Shown here: one piece after another, positions 1 through 10,038 of the stretch
Position numbering within the stretch: position 1 is the first letter of the stretch
Layout: each line of letters opens with the position of its first letter
Source of the DNA: an uncultured candidatus Porisulfidus sp.
Lineage (GTDB): Bacteria; Pseudomonadota; Gammaproteobacteria; Poriferisulfidales; Oxydemutatoraceae
DNA: 64,000 bases
Reading direction: 5' to 3'
Assembly (NCBI GenBank): GCA_965215125.1
Contig: OZ244052.1
Location: 992,001 to 1,056,000 of the forward strand
Program-made: the position numbers and the translations under genes
Notes under the pieces: generated by a model
Databases searched by the model: none
What the model saw: only the letters and a program-made list of their open reading frames with translations
What the model was told of the DNA's origin: nothing

Positions 1-89
1 AGCAATCGGCGTTTCTATTTTCCAATAAACCCATATATAATAACCAGTTTGATATTCGCAATTCTTAACAGCAACGCAAGGAGCATAAA

Positions 90-2060
90 ATGACAGCAGC
101 AGAGAAACAGGAAAGTTTAGAAACACAGGAAGAACAGAAACTAACTTTTAGGCGTTATGAAGACGGCGACCATAAGTGGGATAACTTCTCCAGCCAAATA
201 TTCAGTGCCGACCACTCGCCTAAATGCCCGACCTACGTACATAGAACACCACCGTGCCAAGGTAGCTGCCCCTCGGGCGAGGATATTCGTGGCTGGCTTG
301 CCATTGTCCGCGGCATAGAAAAACCACCCGAAGGCACCTCAATGCAAGAATATGCATTTGAACGCTCGACAACCGCCAACCCCTTCCCGTCGATGATGGG
401 ACGAGTGTGTCCGGCACCGTGCCAAGACGGCTGCAACCGCAACCATGTAGAAGACTTCGTAGGCATCAATGCGGTTGAACAATATATAGGCGACACCGCA
501 ATAGAACAAGACTTTAAGTTTGACTGCGACCTCCCGTTGGGCGACAAAAAAGTCGCAATCATAGGTGGCGGCCCTGCCGGTCTCTCGGCAGCATACCAAC
601 TACGCCGCAGAGGCTACGGTAGCACCATCTTCGACGAACACGAAGAACTCGGCGGCATGATGCGCTACGGCATCCCCGGCTATAGAACCCCTCGCAAACT
701 ATTGGATGCCGAGATCCAACGCATCCTAGATATGGGCGGCATAGACACCCGTATGTCCACCCGAGTCGGCAAAGATGCCAGCGTTGAAGATATAGAAAAA
801 GAGTTTGATGCAATTATCTGGTGCTTGGGTTGCCAAGTCGGTCGCGCCCTGCCGGTGCCGGGTGGCGACGCACCGAACTGCGTTAGCGGTGTGAAGTTTT
901 TGGAAGCCTTTAACGAAGGACGGCTACATGTCACATCCGATAAAGTCATTTGCGTAGGCGGCGGCGATACCTCTATAGATGTAGTCTCGGTGGCACGTCG
1001 TTTGGGCAAAATAGAAAGACTTTCCGGCAAGCAACGCCCCGAACACATCATCGGCGGCTATACCGCACACGACTCCGCCTTTGCCGCAGCACGCGAAGGT
1101 GCCGAAGTGACCCTGACCTCGCTATTCTCCCAAAAGGAAATGACCGCAAGCGAACACGAAGTGGAAGATGCCCTAAAAGAAGGTGTTACTATTCTCGACG
1201 GCGTGATGCCCGTAGAAGTAATCTTGGCGGATAACGGCAAAGCCTCTAAATTGAGAATGGCAAAATGCGAAATGCAAGACGGCAAGCCCACACCGATAGA
1301 AGGCACCGAATTTGAAATAGAATGTGACCTCATCGTCTCGGCAATCGGACAAGGCGGCGACCTCGAAGGCTTGGAAGAATTCGACAACGGGCGCGGACTG
1401 ATGGATGTAGATAAATTCTATGCACTGCCCGACAAAGAAGGACACTTCGCTGCCGGCGACATTATCCGCCCGCACCTGCTGACTACGGCAATCGGACAAG
1501 CCTCTATTGCCGTTGAAGGCGTAGACTACTACCTGCGCCAAGGCGAAATGAAAAAACGACCCAAAGTAGATGTGCATCACTTTGACCTGCTCGCCAAACT
1601 TAGAGAAAACGGCCTTGACCCGACCTCGTTTGAAGGCGGCGAACCCCGCGGCACCGATGCTTCCGATTTCTCGGTGCATAACTACGAAGACCGCTCGGCA
1701 CAAGAAATCGCCTCTTACGAGAAACTATTCCTCGCACACTTCCCCTACACCCCCCGCTACCAACGCAAAACCTGCGGACCCGACGAGGAACAAGTGCTCG
1801 GACACTTCGAGGAACGCGTCATCGGCTTGAACGAGGAAGAAGCAGTCAAAGAAGCCGAACGCTGTATGAGCTGCGGCATGTGCTTTGAATGTGATAACTG
1901 TGTCGTATTCTGCCCCCAAGACGCAGTCTACAGAGTGGACAAAACAAAACAAACCCTCGGCCGCTATGTAGACACCTACTACGACCGCTGCATCGGCTGC
2001 CACATCTGCGCCGATGTCTGCCCCACCGGTTACATTGATATGGCATTGGGGGATCATTAA
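90..2060 (+). CDS. dsrL: DsrL iron-sulfur flavoprotein, NAD(P)H:acceptor oxidoreductase of the reverse dissimilatory sulfite reductase pathway
   Basis: GltD/DPD-like N-terminal Fe-S region (PPCQGSCPSGEDIRGWL, GRVCPAPC), two Rossmann motifs (IIGGGPAG, VGGGDT) and a C-terminal ferredoxin (CMSCGMCFECDNC, CIGCHICADVCP); dsrJOP lie in the same window. Confidence 0.93.
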   Translation: MTAAEKQESLETQEEQKLTFRRYEDGDHKWDNFSSQIFSADHSPKCPTYVHRTPPCQGSCPSGEDIRGWLAIVRGIEKPPEGTSMQEYAFERSTTANPFPSMMGRVCPAPCQDGCNRNHVEDFVGINAVEQYIGDTAIEQDFKFDCDLPLGDKKVAIIGGGPAGLSAAYQLRRRGYGSTIFDEHEELGGMMRYGIPGYRTPRKLLDAEIQRILDMGGIDTRMSTRVGKDASVEDIEKEFDAIIWCLGCQVGRALPVPGGDAPNCVSGVKFLEAFNEGRLHVTSDKVICVGGGDTSIDVVSVARRLGKIERLSGKQRPEHIIGGYTAHDSAFAAAREGAEVTLTSLFSQKEMTASEHEVEDALKEGVTILDGVMPVEVILADNGKASKLRMAKCEMQDGKPTPIEGTEFEIECDLIVSAIGQGGDLEGLEEFDNGRGLMDVDKFYALPDKEGHFAAGDIIRPHLLTTAIGQASIAVEGVDYYLRQGEMKKRPKVDVHHFDLLAKLRENGLDPTSFEGGEPRGTDASDFSVHNYEDRSAQEIASYEKLFLAHFPYTPRYQRKTCGPDEEQVLGHFEERVIGLNEEEAVKEAERCMSCGMCFECDNCVVFCPQDAVYRVDKTKQTLGRYVDTYYDRCIGCHICADVCPTGYIDMALGDH

Positions 2061-2077
2061 ACGAAGGGGTAAAAATA

Positions 2078-2101
2078 CAAACACACCGCTTGGTGTGTTT
2101 G
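2078..2101 (+). terminator. Hairpin after dsrL, possible terminator
   Basis: Perfect 10-bp stem caaacacacc-gctt-ggtgtgtttg, 17 nt after the dsrL stop; no strong U-tract. Confidence 0.45.
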
Positions 2102-2157
2102 GGGATCAGGCGGTAGCGAGTTTATCGGGTGGTGGCATAATATCTGCGTACCAAGCA

Positions 2158-2179
2158 CTGTAGATGTAAACATCTATAG
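2158..2179. promoter_or_regulatory. Palindrome upstream of the adenine MTase, possible operator
   Basis: ctgtagatgt-aa-acatctatag near-perfect inverted repeat about 20 nt before the ATG at 2202. Confidence 0.35.
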
Positions 2180-2201
2180 CTAAAGACTTGAGAATATAGG
2201 T

Positions 2202-3191
2202 ATGGCAAATCAGAATTTGCGAAAAGCAAGAGCTAACAAAAAAGATGAGTTCTACACTCAGCTACCAGATATAGAAAAAGAACTCCAACATTATAAAGAG
2301 CATTTTCAGGGTAAAGTTGTCTATTGCAACTGCGATGATCCGAAAGTAAGTAATTTTTTTCATTATTTCTCATACAACTTTGAGAGTCTTGGTTTGAAAA
2401 AGCTTATTACAACATGTTACAAAAGTAAATATCAGGATATGTTTAGTAAAAACGATTCGGAACAAGCTATCTGGTTAGAATATGAAGGTGATAAGAACAA
2501 AAACAAAATTCCGGATCCGGAAGAGATTGGTATTTTCCCATTAAAAAGTGACGGGGACTTTCGTAGCAAAGAATGCATTGATCTTTTGAAACAAGCTGAC
2601 ATCATTTGCACGAATCCACCTTTTTCGCTGTTTCGGGAATATATTGCCCAGCTGATTGAGTATGATAAGCAGTTCCTTATAATTGGGAATATGAATGCTA
2701 CAATTTATAAGGAAATTTTTCCCTTAATACAAAACAATCAAATCTGGCTTGGGCCGAGCATAAAAAGTGGAGACAGAGAATTTGGGGTTCCTGACTATTA
2801 CCCTCTAAAAGCTGCTTCATCAAGGATTGATAAGAATGGCAATAAGTTTATTCGAGTCAAAGGTGTCCGATGGTTCACTAACCTTGACCATGCACAACGA
2901 CATGAAGAGCTAATTTTATTCAGGAAATATACACTTGAGGAATACCCTCACTATGATAATTACGATGCTATTAATGTTGATAAAACTAAAGACACCCCAT
3001 GTGATTGGGTCGGTATAATGGGCGTACCAATTACATTTCTCGATAAATATAATCCAGATCAGTTTGAACTGTTAGGCATAATGAACACAGGTGAAGAGAA
3101 TGAAGGAATTAGACATAAGGGAACGCCACATGGTAGGCCTCTTGTGAACGGAGTTGAGAAATACCTGCGTATTTTAATTAGAAAAAAGTAA
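2202..3191 (+). CDS. Adenine-specific DNA methyltransferase, EcoRI-methylase family
   Basis: KKDEFYT N-terminus, VYCNCDDP, GDFRS, catalytic NPPF (TNPPFSLFREY) and GIMGVPITFLDKYNP, all typical of this family. Confidence 0.9.
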   Translation: MANQNLRKARANKKDEFYTQLPDIEKELQHYKEHFQGKVVYCNCDDPKVSNFFHYFSYNFESLGLKKLITTCYKSKYQDMFSKNDSEQAIWLEYEGDKNKNKIPDPEEIGIFPLKSDGDFRSKECIDLLKQADIICTNPPFSLFREYIAQLIEYDKQFLIIGNMNATIYKEIFPLIQNNQIWLGPSIKSGDREFGVPDYYPLKAASSRIDKNGNKFIRVKGVRWFTNLDHAQRHEELILFRKYTLEEYPHYDNYDAINVDKTKDTPCDWVGIMGVPITFLDKYNPDQFELLGIMNTGEENEGIRHKGTPHGRPLVNGVEKYLRILIRKK

Positions 3192-3226
3192 AAAGTTAAA
3201 ATTAACCTGAGAGAGGTCAAAAAGCA

Positions 3227-4309
3227 ATGAAAATAGAGCTCAAAGAAATAACGGTGCGAGAACTCGTTGATGGCTATAGCGACAACGGCGAGGAAGGTGT
3301 AGTTGGTTATTCAGGGAAACTTGATATTCGTCCCCCTTACCAAAGGGAGTTTGTGTACGACGACAAGCAAAGAGATGCTGTCATTGATACCATAACCAAA
3401 GATTTTCCTTTGAATGTGATGTATTGGGCAGTCCGAGACAACGACACCTACGAGATTATTGACGGACAGCAACGCACGGTTTCTGTTGCCCGGTATGTGA
3501 ATGGGGATTTTTCATTCAATAAACTATATTTCCATAACCTGCCGGACGACAAGCAAAACCAAATACTTGATTATAAAATCATGGTCTATTTTTGCAGAGG
3601 AACGGATAGTGAAAGACTCGAATGGTTTAAGACTATTAATATTGCAGGCGCACAGTTAACCGATCAAGAATTGCGCAACGCAGTCTATGCAGGCTCATGG
3701 GTCTCGGACGCTAAAAGATATTTTAGTAAAAGCAATTGTCCTGCGCATGGAATGGGAGGAGACTATCTTAGTGGAAGATCTAATAGGCAAGAATATTTAC
3801 AAGCAGTTATTAAGTGGATAAGCAAAGATAACATTGAAGAGTACATGGCGCAACACCACCACAATCCCGATGCCAAAGAATTGTGGGAGTATTTCCAAAA
3901 AGTGATTGATTGGCTCGAAAGCGTTTTCATAAAGAAACGGCGCGAAATGAAATCAGTAGAATGGGGTGACTTGTATAATGAACACAAGAACATAAATGTT
4001 GACCCAGAAAAAGTTGAAGCAGAAGTGGTGAAACTTCTGTGCGATGATGATGTGACCAAGAAATCAGGGATATATCCGTATATTCTTTCTCGTAAAGAAA
4101 AACATCTTAACATCCGAGCTTTTACTCCCGCAATGAAGCGAACAGCATACGAAAAACAAGCCGGCATTTGTGTCACCTGTAAAAAGCATTTTGAATTTTC
4201 TGATATGCAAGGCGACCATATAACCCCATGGATTGAGGGAGGCAAAACCACTCCCGAGAACTGTCAAATGCTATGCAAAGAATGCAACCGCCGCAAATCC
4301 TCAAACTAA
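3227..4309 (+). CDS. DUF262 (GmrSD/ParB-like) domain plus C-terminal HNH endonuclease; probable restriction partner of the upstream MTase
   Basis: PPYQREFVY, IIDGQQR and FKTIN DUF262 motifs; C-terminal CVTC...GDHITPW.EGG...NCQMLCKECN zinc-HNH. Confidence 0.88.
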   Translation: MKIELKEITVRELVDGYSDNGEEGVVGYSGKLDIRPPYQREFVYDDKQRDAVIDTITKDFPLNVMYWAVRDNDTYEIIDGQQRTVSVARYVNGDFSFNKLYFHNLPDDKQNQILDYKIMVYFCRGTDSERLEWFKTINIAGAQLTDQELRNAVYAGSWVSDAKRYFSKSNCPAHGMGGDYLSGRSNRQEYLQAVIKWISKDNIEEYMAQHHHNPDAKELWEYFQKVIDWLESVFIKKRREMKSVEWGDLYNEHKNINVDPEKVEAEVVKLLCDDDVTKKSGIYPYILSRKEKHLNIRAFTPAMKRTAYEKQAGICVTCKKHFEFSDMQGDHITPWIEGGKTTPENCQMLCKECNRRKSSN

Positions 4310-4402
4310 CCCCACAACACCCTCCCTTTGAACAAGAATCTTAAAAAACAGTATGAAAACTCTCTCTGAGTGTGACACTAAAAATGTTGTAAAGTTATAA
4401 AG

Positions 4403-7400
4403 ATGGCAAAAAATAATTTTATTGACAATTTACGTGAAAAGGCCAGAAAAAAATTAGAGAATGTTATTGACGATCCCAATGTAAAACTAACATTTTTTAT
4501 TGGTAATGGTCTCTCTCGTATTTCAGAAATTTTATCTTGGAAAGATTTGGCAGATGAAATGCTTAAAACACTTTCTAAGTATGAGATTATTGACCTGAAC
4601 CAACAATCTTTATTTTCAAAACTACCTGTGAAAACAAAAATATCTATTGCCGATGCTTATTTACGCAACAAGGAGTTACTAAAAAAAACAGTAAAAGATG
4701 AAGGAAAGAGAAAAGAACTTACATATCATGGAATTATTAAAAAAAACTACAAACTCTCCTCTAATGACCCTTATAAAAAACTTGCTGAACTTGCTAAATC
4801 AGATAGGCATACTATAAAAAGTTTTGTGACAACTAATTATGATTTGATGTTGGAAAAATCCCTAGAGCGAGAGGATCTTCTTTTAGATATATTCCCAAAA
4901 TCTTCGCAAGATACACCCTCAATGCTTTCTGACGATGGCAAGTTTTATCCTTTTTACAATCCAGACGAGTTTCTGGAAAAACGATCTCAAATTAACCGAA
5001 AGATTTTATTGTATTTGCACGGCTCAATAAAAAACGAGTCTAAAATGAAAGTATCTATATCAGATTACCTATATTTATATCGTTCATTAGATGGCAAAAA
5101 TCTAATGCAAGACTTACTCAGCAAGGCTTTAAGTAGACAGACAATAATTTTTATGGGTTATTCACTAGACGAGCTAGAAATTTTAGAATTGTTATACCGG
5201 AATGTATTAAATCCTAGTGTTCCTCATTTTCATTTATTTCCTTATTTTTCGCATCAGGTAGAAATACTAAATCAGCTGGTAGAACACTGGAGGGAACTTG
5301 GTATTACAATTGTTCCTTATAATGTTGACAAAAACTGGCATAAAGGAATTAATGAGATTATAGACGAGATAAAAACATGGATTGAGCAGAGAAAAGCTAG
5401 ACCACAATTATCAAGGATTGGGGATCTAGATATGATAGACAATTTAATTAAGATTGTTCTAACTGAAGTAGAAAAATCAGAAAAGATTAAACAACTGCTA
5501 AAACTTCTTCAGAAGAATGAAAGGAACAAAATTTACTTTTTCAAAGAAATCAGAGGGTCAGAATGGTTCTCTTTCTTAAAAAAGTATAGGTTATTTGAAA
5601 TTACAGATAACAATATAAGGAAATCTCACCCATGGCCTCCGATTTTTTATTTAGAACATCTGGCGAATATGGTAAGCGAAAAAAAACTATCAGATCCCGA
5701 TATAATCAAAGATTTGGTGCCGCTTATCACGGATAATTTTAGCAAACTAGAACATATTCCAAATTCTGATCATATTAGACCTACGGTAGTTGAAATTTTA
5801 TTTTCTATGCCTCACCGTTATTTAAGTGTTGACGATGTTATTAAAGCATTTGATTATCTTAAAGGGTTTGCAAAAAGTCGCTCCATCAGTATTTATTTGC
5901 AAAATGCCTTTAAGAAGCTAGCTAATAAACTAGATAACACCGAACATTCAAAAAATATCGTATGCAAATATATAGAGTTAATATTCGGCTACCAAAAAAC
6001 CAAGGACGAAATGTCTAGAGAAGAATACAAACTTTCGTATTTTGAGGGATATAATTTTGAACGGGATAGACTTAAAAAACTTGAAGAACAAATAGATCAG
6101 CTTAGTGAAAAAAATGAAGGATTAATTGCAAGCCTGATTACAATTTTTGATAAGAAGCTGAATACGCTTTTGACTGAAGATGAGGAATTAGATGGATCAA
6201 GTGGTCATTTGAGACCGGCAGTTAAAGAACACTATCAAAACAGACATAACGATAGTGCTTTCTCTTTATTTTTAGGGATATTATTTTTCTTATCGGCACG
6301 ACAATTAGAAAATAAAGATGAACTTAGTAAACTAGATGAATGGGCTACATCCCTCTTTCTAACGTATAAAAGACTTTATCTGGCATTGGTAACAGAATTT
6401 CCGAAAATAATTTCTGTTAACCAATCATTTAAAGTCTTCATGTCCGAAAATTTTAATGGGATGAAGGGTGCTAAGTATGAAAGATATCATTATTTGAGGA
6501 AGTTCTATCCTAAATTCTCCGATGAGCAAAAAGAGAAAATTATAGATGCAATACTGTCTATAAGAAATGGCGAAAGAGAAACTACTATCCTAAAACAGTT
6601 AGGATGGCTTCGTGCGTTAAAAGGTTTGAAAAATGCCCCGGAAATACAGGAAAGACAGGAAAAATTAGAAGAGAAGTATAAAAAAATTACTGGTAGAGAA
6701 ATAACGAGTTGGATACTAGGACATCCCGAATTTTCCGATTCAAGATATTTTTATGGAGTACGAACTGTCCATATTATTTCTCCGTTATCAAAGGACAAGA
6801 TGTTTGCAATGGGACCCGATGAACTTATTGAATATCTAAAAGAACAGAAGTTTGATCCTGTAGAAGAATGGAAAAGACCTCGCAAGGCAGGGCTTGAGGA
6901 AAATCTAAAGCAATACATAAGGCATAAGTATTCTGATGCAACTACTATAGTAAATAATCTATTGGAACTAGATTACTCGTATGTTTCAAGTATCCTTGAT
7001 GGGTTAACGGAATTATGGACAGAAAGAAAGCATATTCCCTACGAACTAGCATTAGAAAAAATCAAAGATCTAGTTGGGAGCGAGACATTTACTAATCAGT
7101 TGAACGATGAAAATTTCAATATATATTCGATCATTTCTTCAATTTCTAAATTTATTGAAGCTGGTGCCAACAAAAATCATTTTTTTGAACATAAAACATA
7201 TAGGACATCTTATGAGATATTAAAAACTCTTTTTGAAAAAGTTAAGCCTGACCCGAATGCTAATTTTCGTGATGCATACATGCAGGCACTAAATGAACCT
7301 AGAGGCAAGATAATAGAAACATTAATCTACCTGACATGGTGGCAACATGAACATGAGGATAAAAAAAATGGGAATGAAAAAGAGGCAAGGCAAAATCTAA

Positions 7401-8335
7401 AAGACCTAATTACTCCTCAAATAGGAAAAGATGGAGAATTTTCTTTGCATGCACTGATAGGTGGGCAATCTGGATGGTTGTCACACATGTATGAAGACTG
7501 GTTTTATGAAAATTTAGACAGATTAGTTCCTTATGATGAAGAACAGAGCGATGAGTCTTCAAGTGCAAAATTATGGAAATCCTTTGTTCACGGTTTTGGT
7601 TATACCAGTCGTTATAATCCTGATGTGTACAAAAAATTAAGTAAAAAAGGTGTATTTAAGGCGTATTTAAGGCAAGAAAGAGAAAGAAAAGGAGCGGACT
7701 GGACGGGAAGTGATAGCCCTGAAAATAGAATTATTGACTTTGGTTTAATTGCTTATGTCGAGGGAGATGGTGAAGAATTGATTAATCTGATTCTTGAGGA
7801 CAAACAAGAGAGTGAATGGTCTTACTTATTTAATACTATTAATATCATTGCAGCTCTTTATGAAAAAAAGGAAGAATCGAGACGAGAGTATCGTATCAAG
7901 ATTGGTAAGCTACTCTGGAAAGTATTTGAGACAATAAAACCAACCGACGATAGCTGGAACAAATATTTTGTGAGTTTAGACTCTATGTTGGAATTATTTG
8001 ATGACCCTTCGGATGAATATGTAAGGACTATCGTTGAAATTGTCTCCAAACATGCCGAAGATGGCTGGCGTTTGTATAGAATTATTGATTATCTGCATGC
8101 ATATAAAGATAAGCATTGTAAACAAGTAGGAGAACTATATTGTGTAATGCTTGATAAAACTTCTTTTGCGCCTGTTTATCCAGAAGACAGAATACAAGAA
8201 ATATGCCAAAGCCTTAAAGAGGCTCAAGAAACAGAATTTCTTGAAACGATTTGTCATTTTTATGGGGAACGGACTGTCGATTGTTTCCCTATTAGAGAAA
8301 TTTGTGAATCATTGTTAGACAATGACCAGAACTAA
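4403..8335 (+). CDS. Large SIR2-domain (sirtuin-like NADase) protein, defence-associated-sirtuin-like
   Basis: N-terminal SIR2_2-type motifs FFIGNGLSR, VTTNYD, YLHGS and FMGYSL, followed by about 1000 aa of predicted helical sequence; AT-rich; defence context. Confidence 0.8.
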   Translation: MAKNNFIDNLREKARKKLENVIDDPNVKLTFFIGNGLSRISEILSWKDLADEMLKTLSKYEIIDLNQQSLFSKLPVKTKISIADAYLRNKELLKKTVKDEGKRKELTYHGIIKKNYKLSSNDPYKKLAELAKSDRHTIKSFVTTNYDLMLEKSLEREDLLLDIFPKSSQDTPSMLSDDGKFYPFYNPDEFLEKRSQINRKILLYLHGSIKNESKMKVSISDYLYLYRSLDGKNLMQDLLSKALSRQTIIFMGYSLDELEILELLYRNVLNPSVPHFHLFPYFSHQVEILNQLVEHWRELGITIVPYNVDKNWHKGINEIIDEIKTWIEQRKARPQLSRIGDLDMIDNLIKIVLTEVEKSEKIKQLLKLLQKNERNKIYFFKEIRGSEWFSFLKKYRLFEITDNNIRKSHPWPPIFYLEHLANMVSEKKLSDPDIIKDLVPLITDNFSKLEHIPNSDHIRPTVVEILFSMPHRYLSVDDVIKAFDYLKGFAKSRSISIYLQNAFKKLANKLDNTEHSKNIVCKYIELIFGYQKTKDEMSREEYKLSYFEGYNFERDRLKKLEEQIDQLSEKNEGLIASLITIFDKKLNTLLTEDEELDGSSGHLRPAVKEHYQNRHNDSAFSLFLGILFFLSARQLENKDELSKLDEWATSLFLTYKRLYLALVTEFPKIISVNQSFKVFMSENFNGMKGAKYERYHYLRKFYPKFSDEQKEKIIDAILSIRNGERETTILKQLGWLRALKGLKNAPEIQERQEKLEEKYKKITGREITSWILGHPEFSDSRYFYGVRTVHIISPLSKDKMFAMGPDELIEYLKEQKFDPVEEWKRPRKAGLEENLKQYIRHKYSDATTIVNNLLELDYSYVSSILDGLTELWTERKHIPYELALEKIKDLVGSETFTNQLNDENFNIYSIISSISKFIEAGANKNHFFEHKTYRTSYEILKTLFEKVKPDPNANFRDAYMQALNEPRGKIIETLIYLTWWQHEHEDKKNGNEKEARQNLKDLITPQIGKDGEFSLHALIGGQSGWLSHMYEDWFYENLDRLVPYDEEQSDESSSAKLWKSFVHGFGYTSRYNPDVYKKLSKKGVFKAYLRQERERKGADWTGSDSPENRIIDFGLIAYVEGDGEELINLILEDKQESEWSYLFNTINIIAALYEKKEESRREYRIKIGKLLWKVFETIKPTDDSWNKYFVSLDSMLELFDDPSDEYVRTIVEIVSKHAEDGWRLYRIIDYLHAYKDKHCKQVGELYCVMLDKTSFAPVYPEDRIQEICQSLKEAQETEFLETICHFYGERTVDCFPIREICESLLDNDQN

Positions 8336-8485
8336 AATGCCACAGAGTTTAACCTACTTGCAAACTGGTGTTTTATTGAAATGGAGACTAGTGGGTGAAA
8401 GAGGTCATAAAACCTTGCGTATTTTGCACGAACAGCAGCATGAAAACTAACTTTGCAGATGAGCCTAAAATGGGGTAACCACAAA

Positions 8486-8896
8486 TCAATTCTTATCTAA
8501 AAACTTGCTTATCTTGCGCCTTAGGCGGTCTATGTTTGATAATTCACATTCCCACACCACGATAGATTTCCAGCCCATGCGCCGTAATTTATCCCTGACC
8601 CGTTTGTCCCGCCGCCTATTACTTTCCAGCTTGGGTTTCCAAAAGCTTCGTCTGGATTTAGGCATTGTTCCTTTCGGGCAGTTCTCGTGTGCGTGCCAGA
8701 AGCATCCGTGAACGAAGATAGCTTTATTGAGTGATTTGAAAACCATGTCGGGACAGCCCGGCAATTCTTTGACATGTAGTCTATAGCGATAACCCATGCG
8801 GTGGGTTAATCTACGGACGGTGATTTCCGGTTTAGTGTCTTGGGTGCGCACTGATGCCATTAATTTACTTCTTTGAATTTTCGTTAGCGTGTCCAT
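8486..8896 (-). CDS. vsr: Very short patch repair endonuclease
   Basis: RSKLMASVRTQDTKPE, LPGCPD, FVHGCFWH and VWEC motifs; adjacent to a C5 MTase; likely start MDTL at 8896 (ORF open to 8932). Confidence 0.93.
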   Translation of the reverse strand: MDTLTKIQRSKLMASVRTQDTKPEITVRRLTHRMGYRYRLHVKELPGCPDMVFKSLNKAIFVHGCFWHAHENCPKGTMPKSRRSFWKPKLESNRRRDKRVRDKLRRMGWKSIVVWECELSNIDRLRRKISKFLDKN

Positions 8897-8967
8897 TGCC
8901 TCTGATGCCGTCATAACGGACGGACTTTTCACAAAACTATAGTGTTCTTACCCGGTAATACTTGATG

Positions 8968-10038
8968 TTAGAGTGGTGTCGACATGTGCTTTATGATTGT
9001 TGTTCCCAAAGCCTTCGCCAGTTTCGGCGGCACTGCGTTTCCGATCATGCGTTGTATGGCGGTACGGTTCGGGATTTCTTCCTGGGGGCAGAATTCGTAA
9101 TTTCTCGGGAAAGATTGTAGGAGCATGGCTTCTCTAAGTGTGATTGACCTGTCCTGTTCGGGATGCCCGAATCGCCCGTTTCCGATACCGGTGCAATGGG
9201 TTGTCATAGTCGGAGACGGCTTATCCCACCACATTCTGCCGTAGTTGCAACAGTAGCTTTGTCCCGAGATTTTCTTATGGCAATCCAATACCAAATTACT
9301 CGGCCAGTCACGTCGTGTGCCGCCGTCATGTTGAGTCATACGCATGCGTTCTAGGTTCAAGGGTGAGAGGTCGGGAGCGCAGTGCATACGATCCGTCGGA
9401 TCTTCTTCGCCTGCCTTCAGAGGTGGCAGCTTTTCTATGGCTCTACGCACCGTTTCCCATTGCTCGTCATTTCGGTATGTTCCGGCGGGAACCGAAATCT
9501 TGCCTAAGCGAGAGGCTAGTAAGACCAGCCGTTTGCGTGATTGCGGGACACCGTATTCGCAACAATTAATAATGTCCCAGTCAACATGATATTTGTTCTT
9601 TGTTAAAGTTGCGAGAAATTGATTAAACACAGCACTCCCTCGGCTCGCTAGTCCCGGAACATTCTCCATAGTAACGAATTCCGGTAATATTCCCTCTATA
9701 TAACGACCGAAATGTTTCAGCAAATCCCAGTCGTCATGAAGTTTTTTTTCTTTGGTGGTAAGTTGTGAAAACGGTTGGCACGGTGCGCAACCGGCTAAGA
9801 GTCTATATTGTCCGGTTGCGAATAGTCCGGCGATATCCGAGTGGTGATTGCGAGTTAAATCCCACTCGTAAAACCGAGATCCCGGATTATTTGTTTCGTA
9901 GGCATAGCGTGCCTGCCTGTCAATATCGATGCCTGCCGCTACTCGGATACCCGCTTTGCGCAACCCGTAGGTTAGACCGCCGGCACCGCAGAAAAGATCT
10001 ACGGCACTGATTCTCTTTGTAATCGTTCTTTTAGACAT
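8968..10038 (-). CDS. DNA (cytosine-5)-methyltransferase
   Basis: Motifs I DLFCGAGG, IV APCQ, VI ENVPG, VIII QSRKR and X IGNAVPP. Confidence 0.95.
   Translation of the reverse strand: MSKRTITKRISAVDLFCGAGGLTYGLRKAGIRVAAGIDIDRQARYAYETNNPGSRFYEWDLTRNHHSDIAGLFATGQYRLLAGCAPCQPFSQLTTKEKKLHDDWDLLKHFGRYIEGILPEFVTMENVPGLASRGSAVFNQFLATLTKNKYHVDWDIINCCEYGVPQSRKRLVLLASRLGKISVPAGTYRNDEQWETVRRAIEKLPPLKAGEEDPTDRMHCAPDLSPLNLERMRMTQHDGGTRRDWPSNLVLDCHKKISGQSYCCNYGRMWWDKPSPTMTTHCTGIGNGRFGHPEQDRSITLREAMLLQSFPRNYEFCPQEEIPNRTAIQRMIGNAVPPKLAKALGTTIIKHMSTPL

Noticed and set aside
4300-4402. Integron attC site after the HNH gene
   Set aside because: AACTAAC and the downstream GTT boxes are not complementary, there is no extended hairpin, and no integron integrase is present
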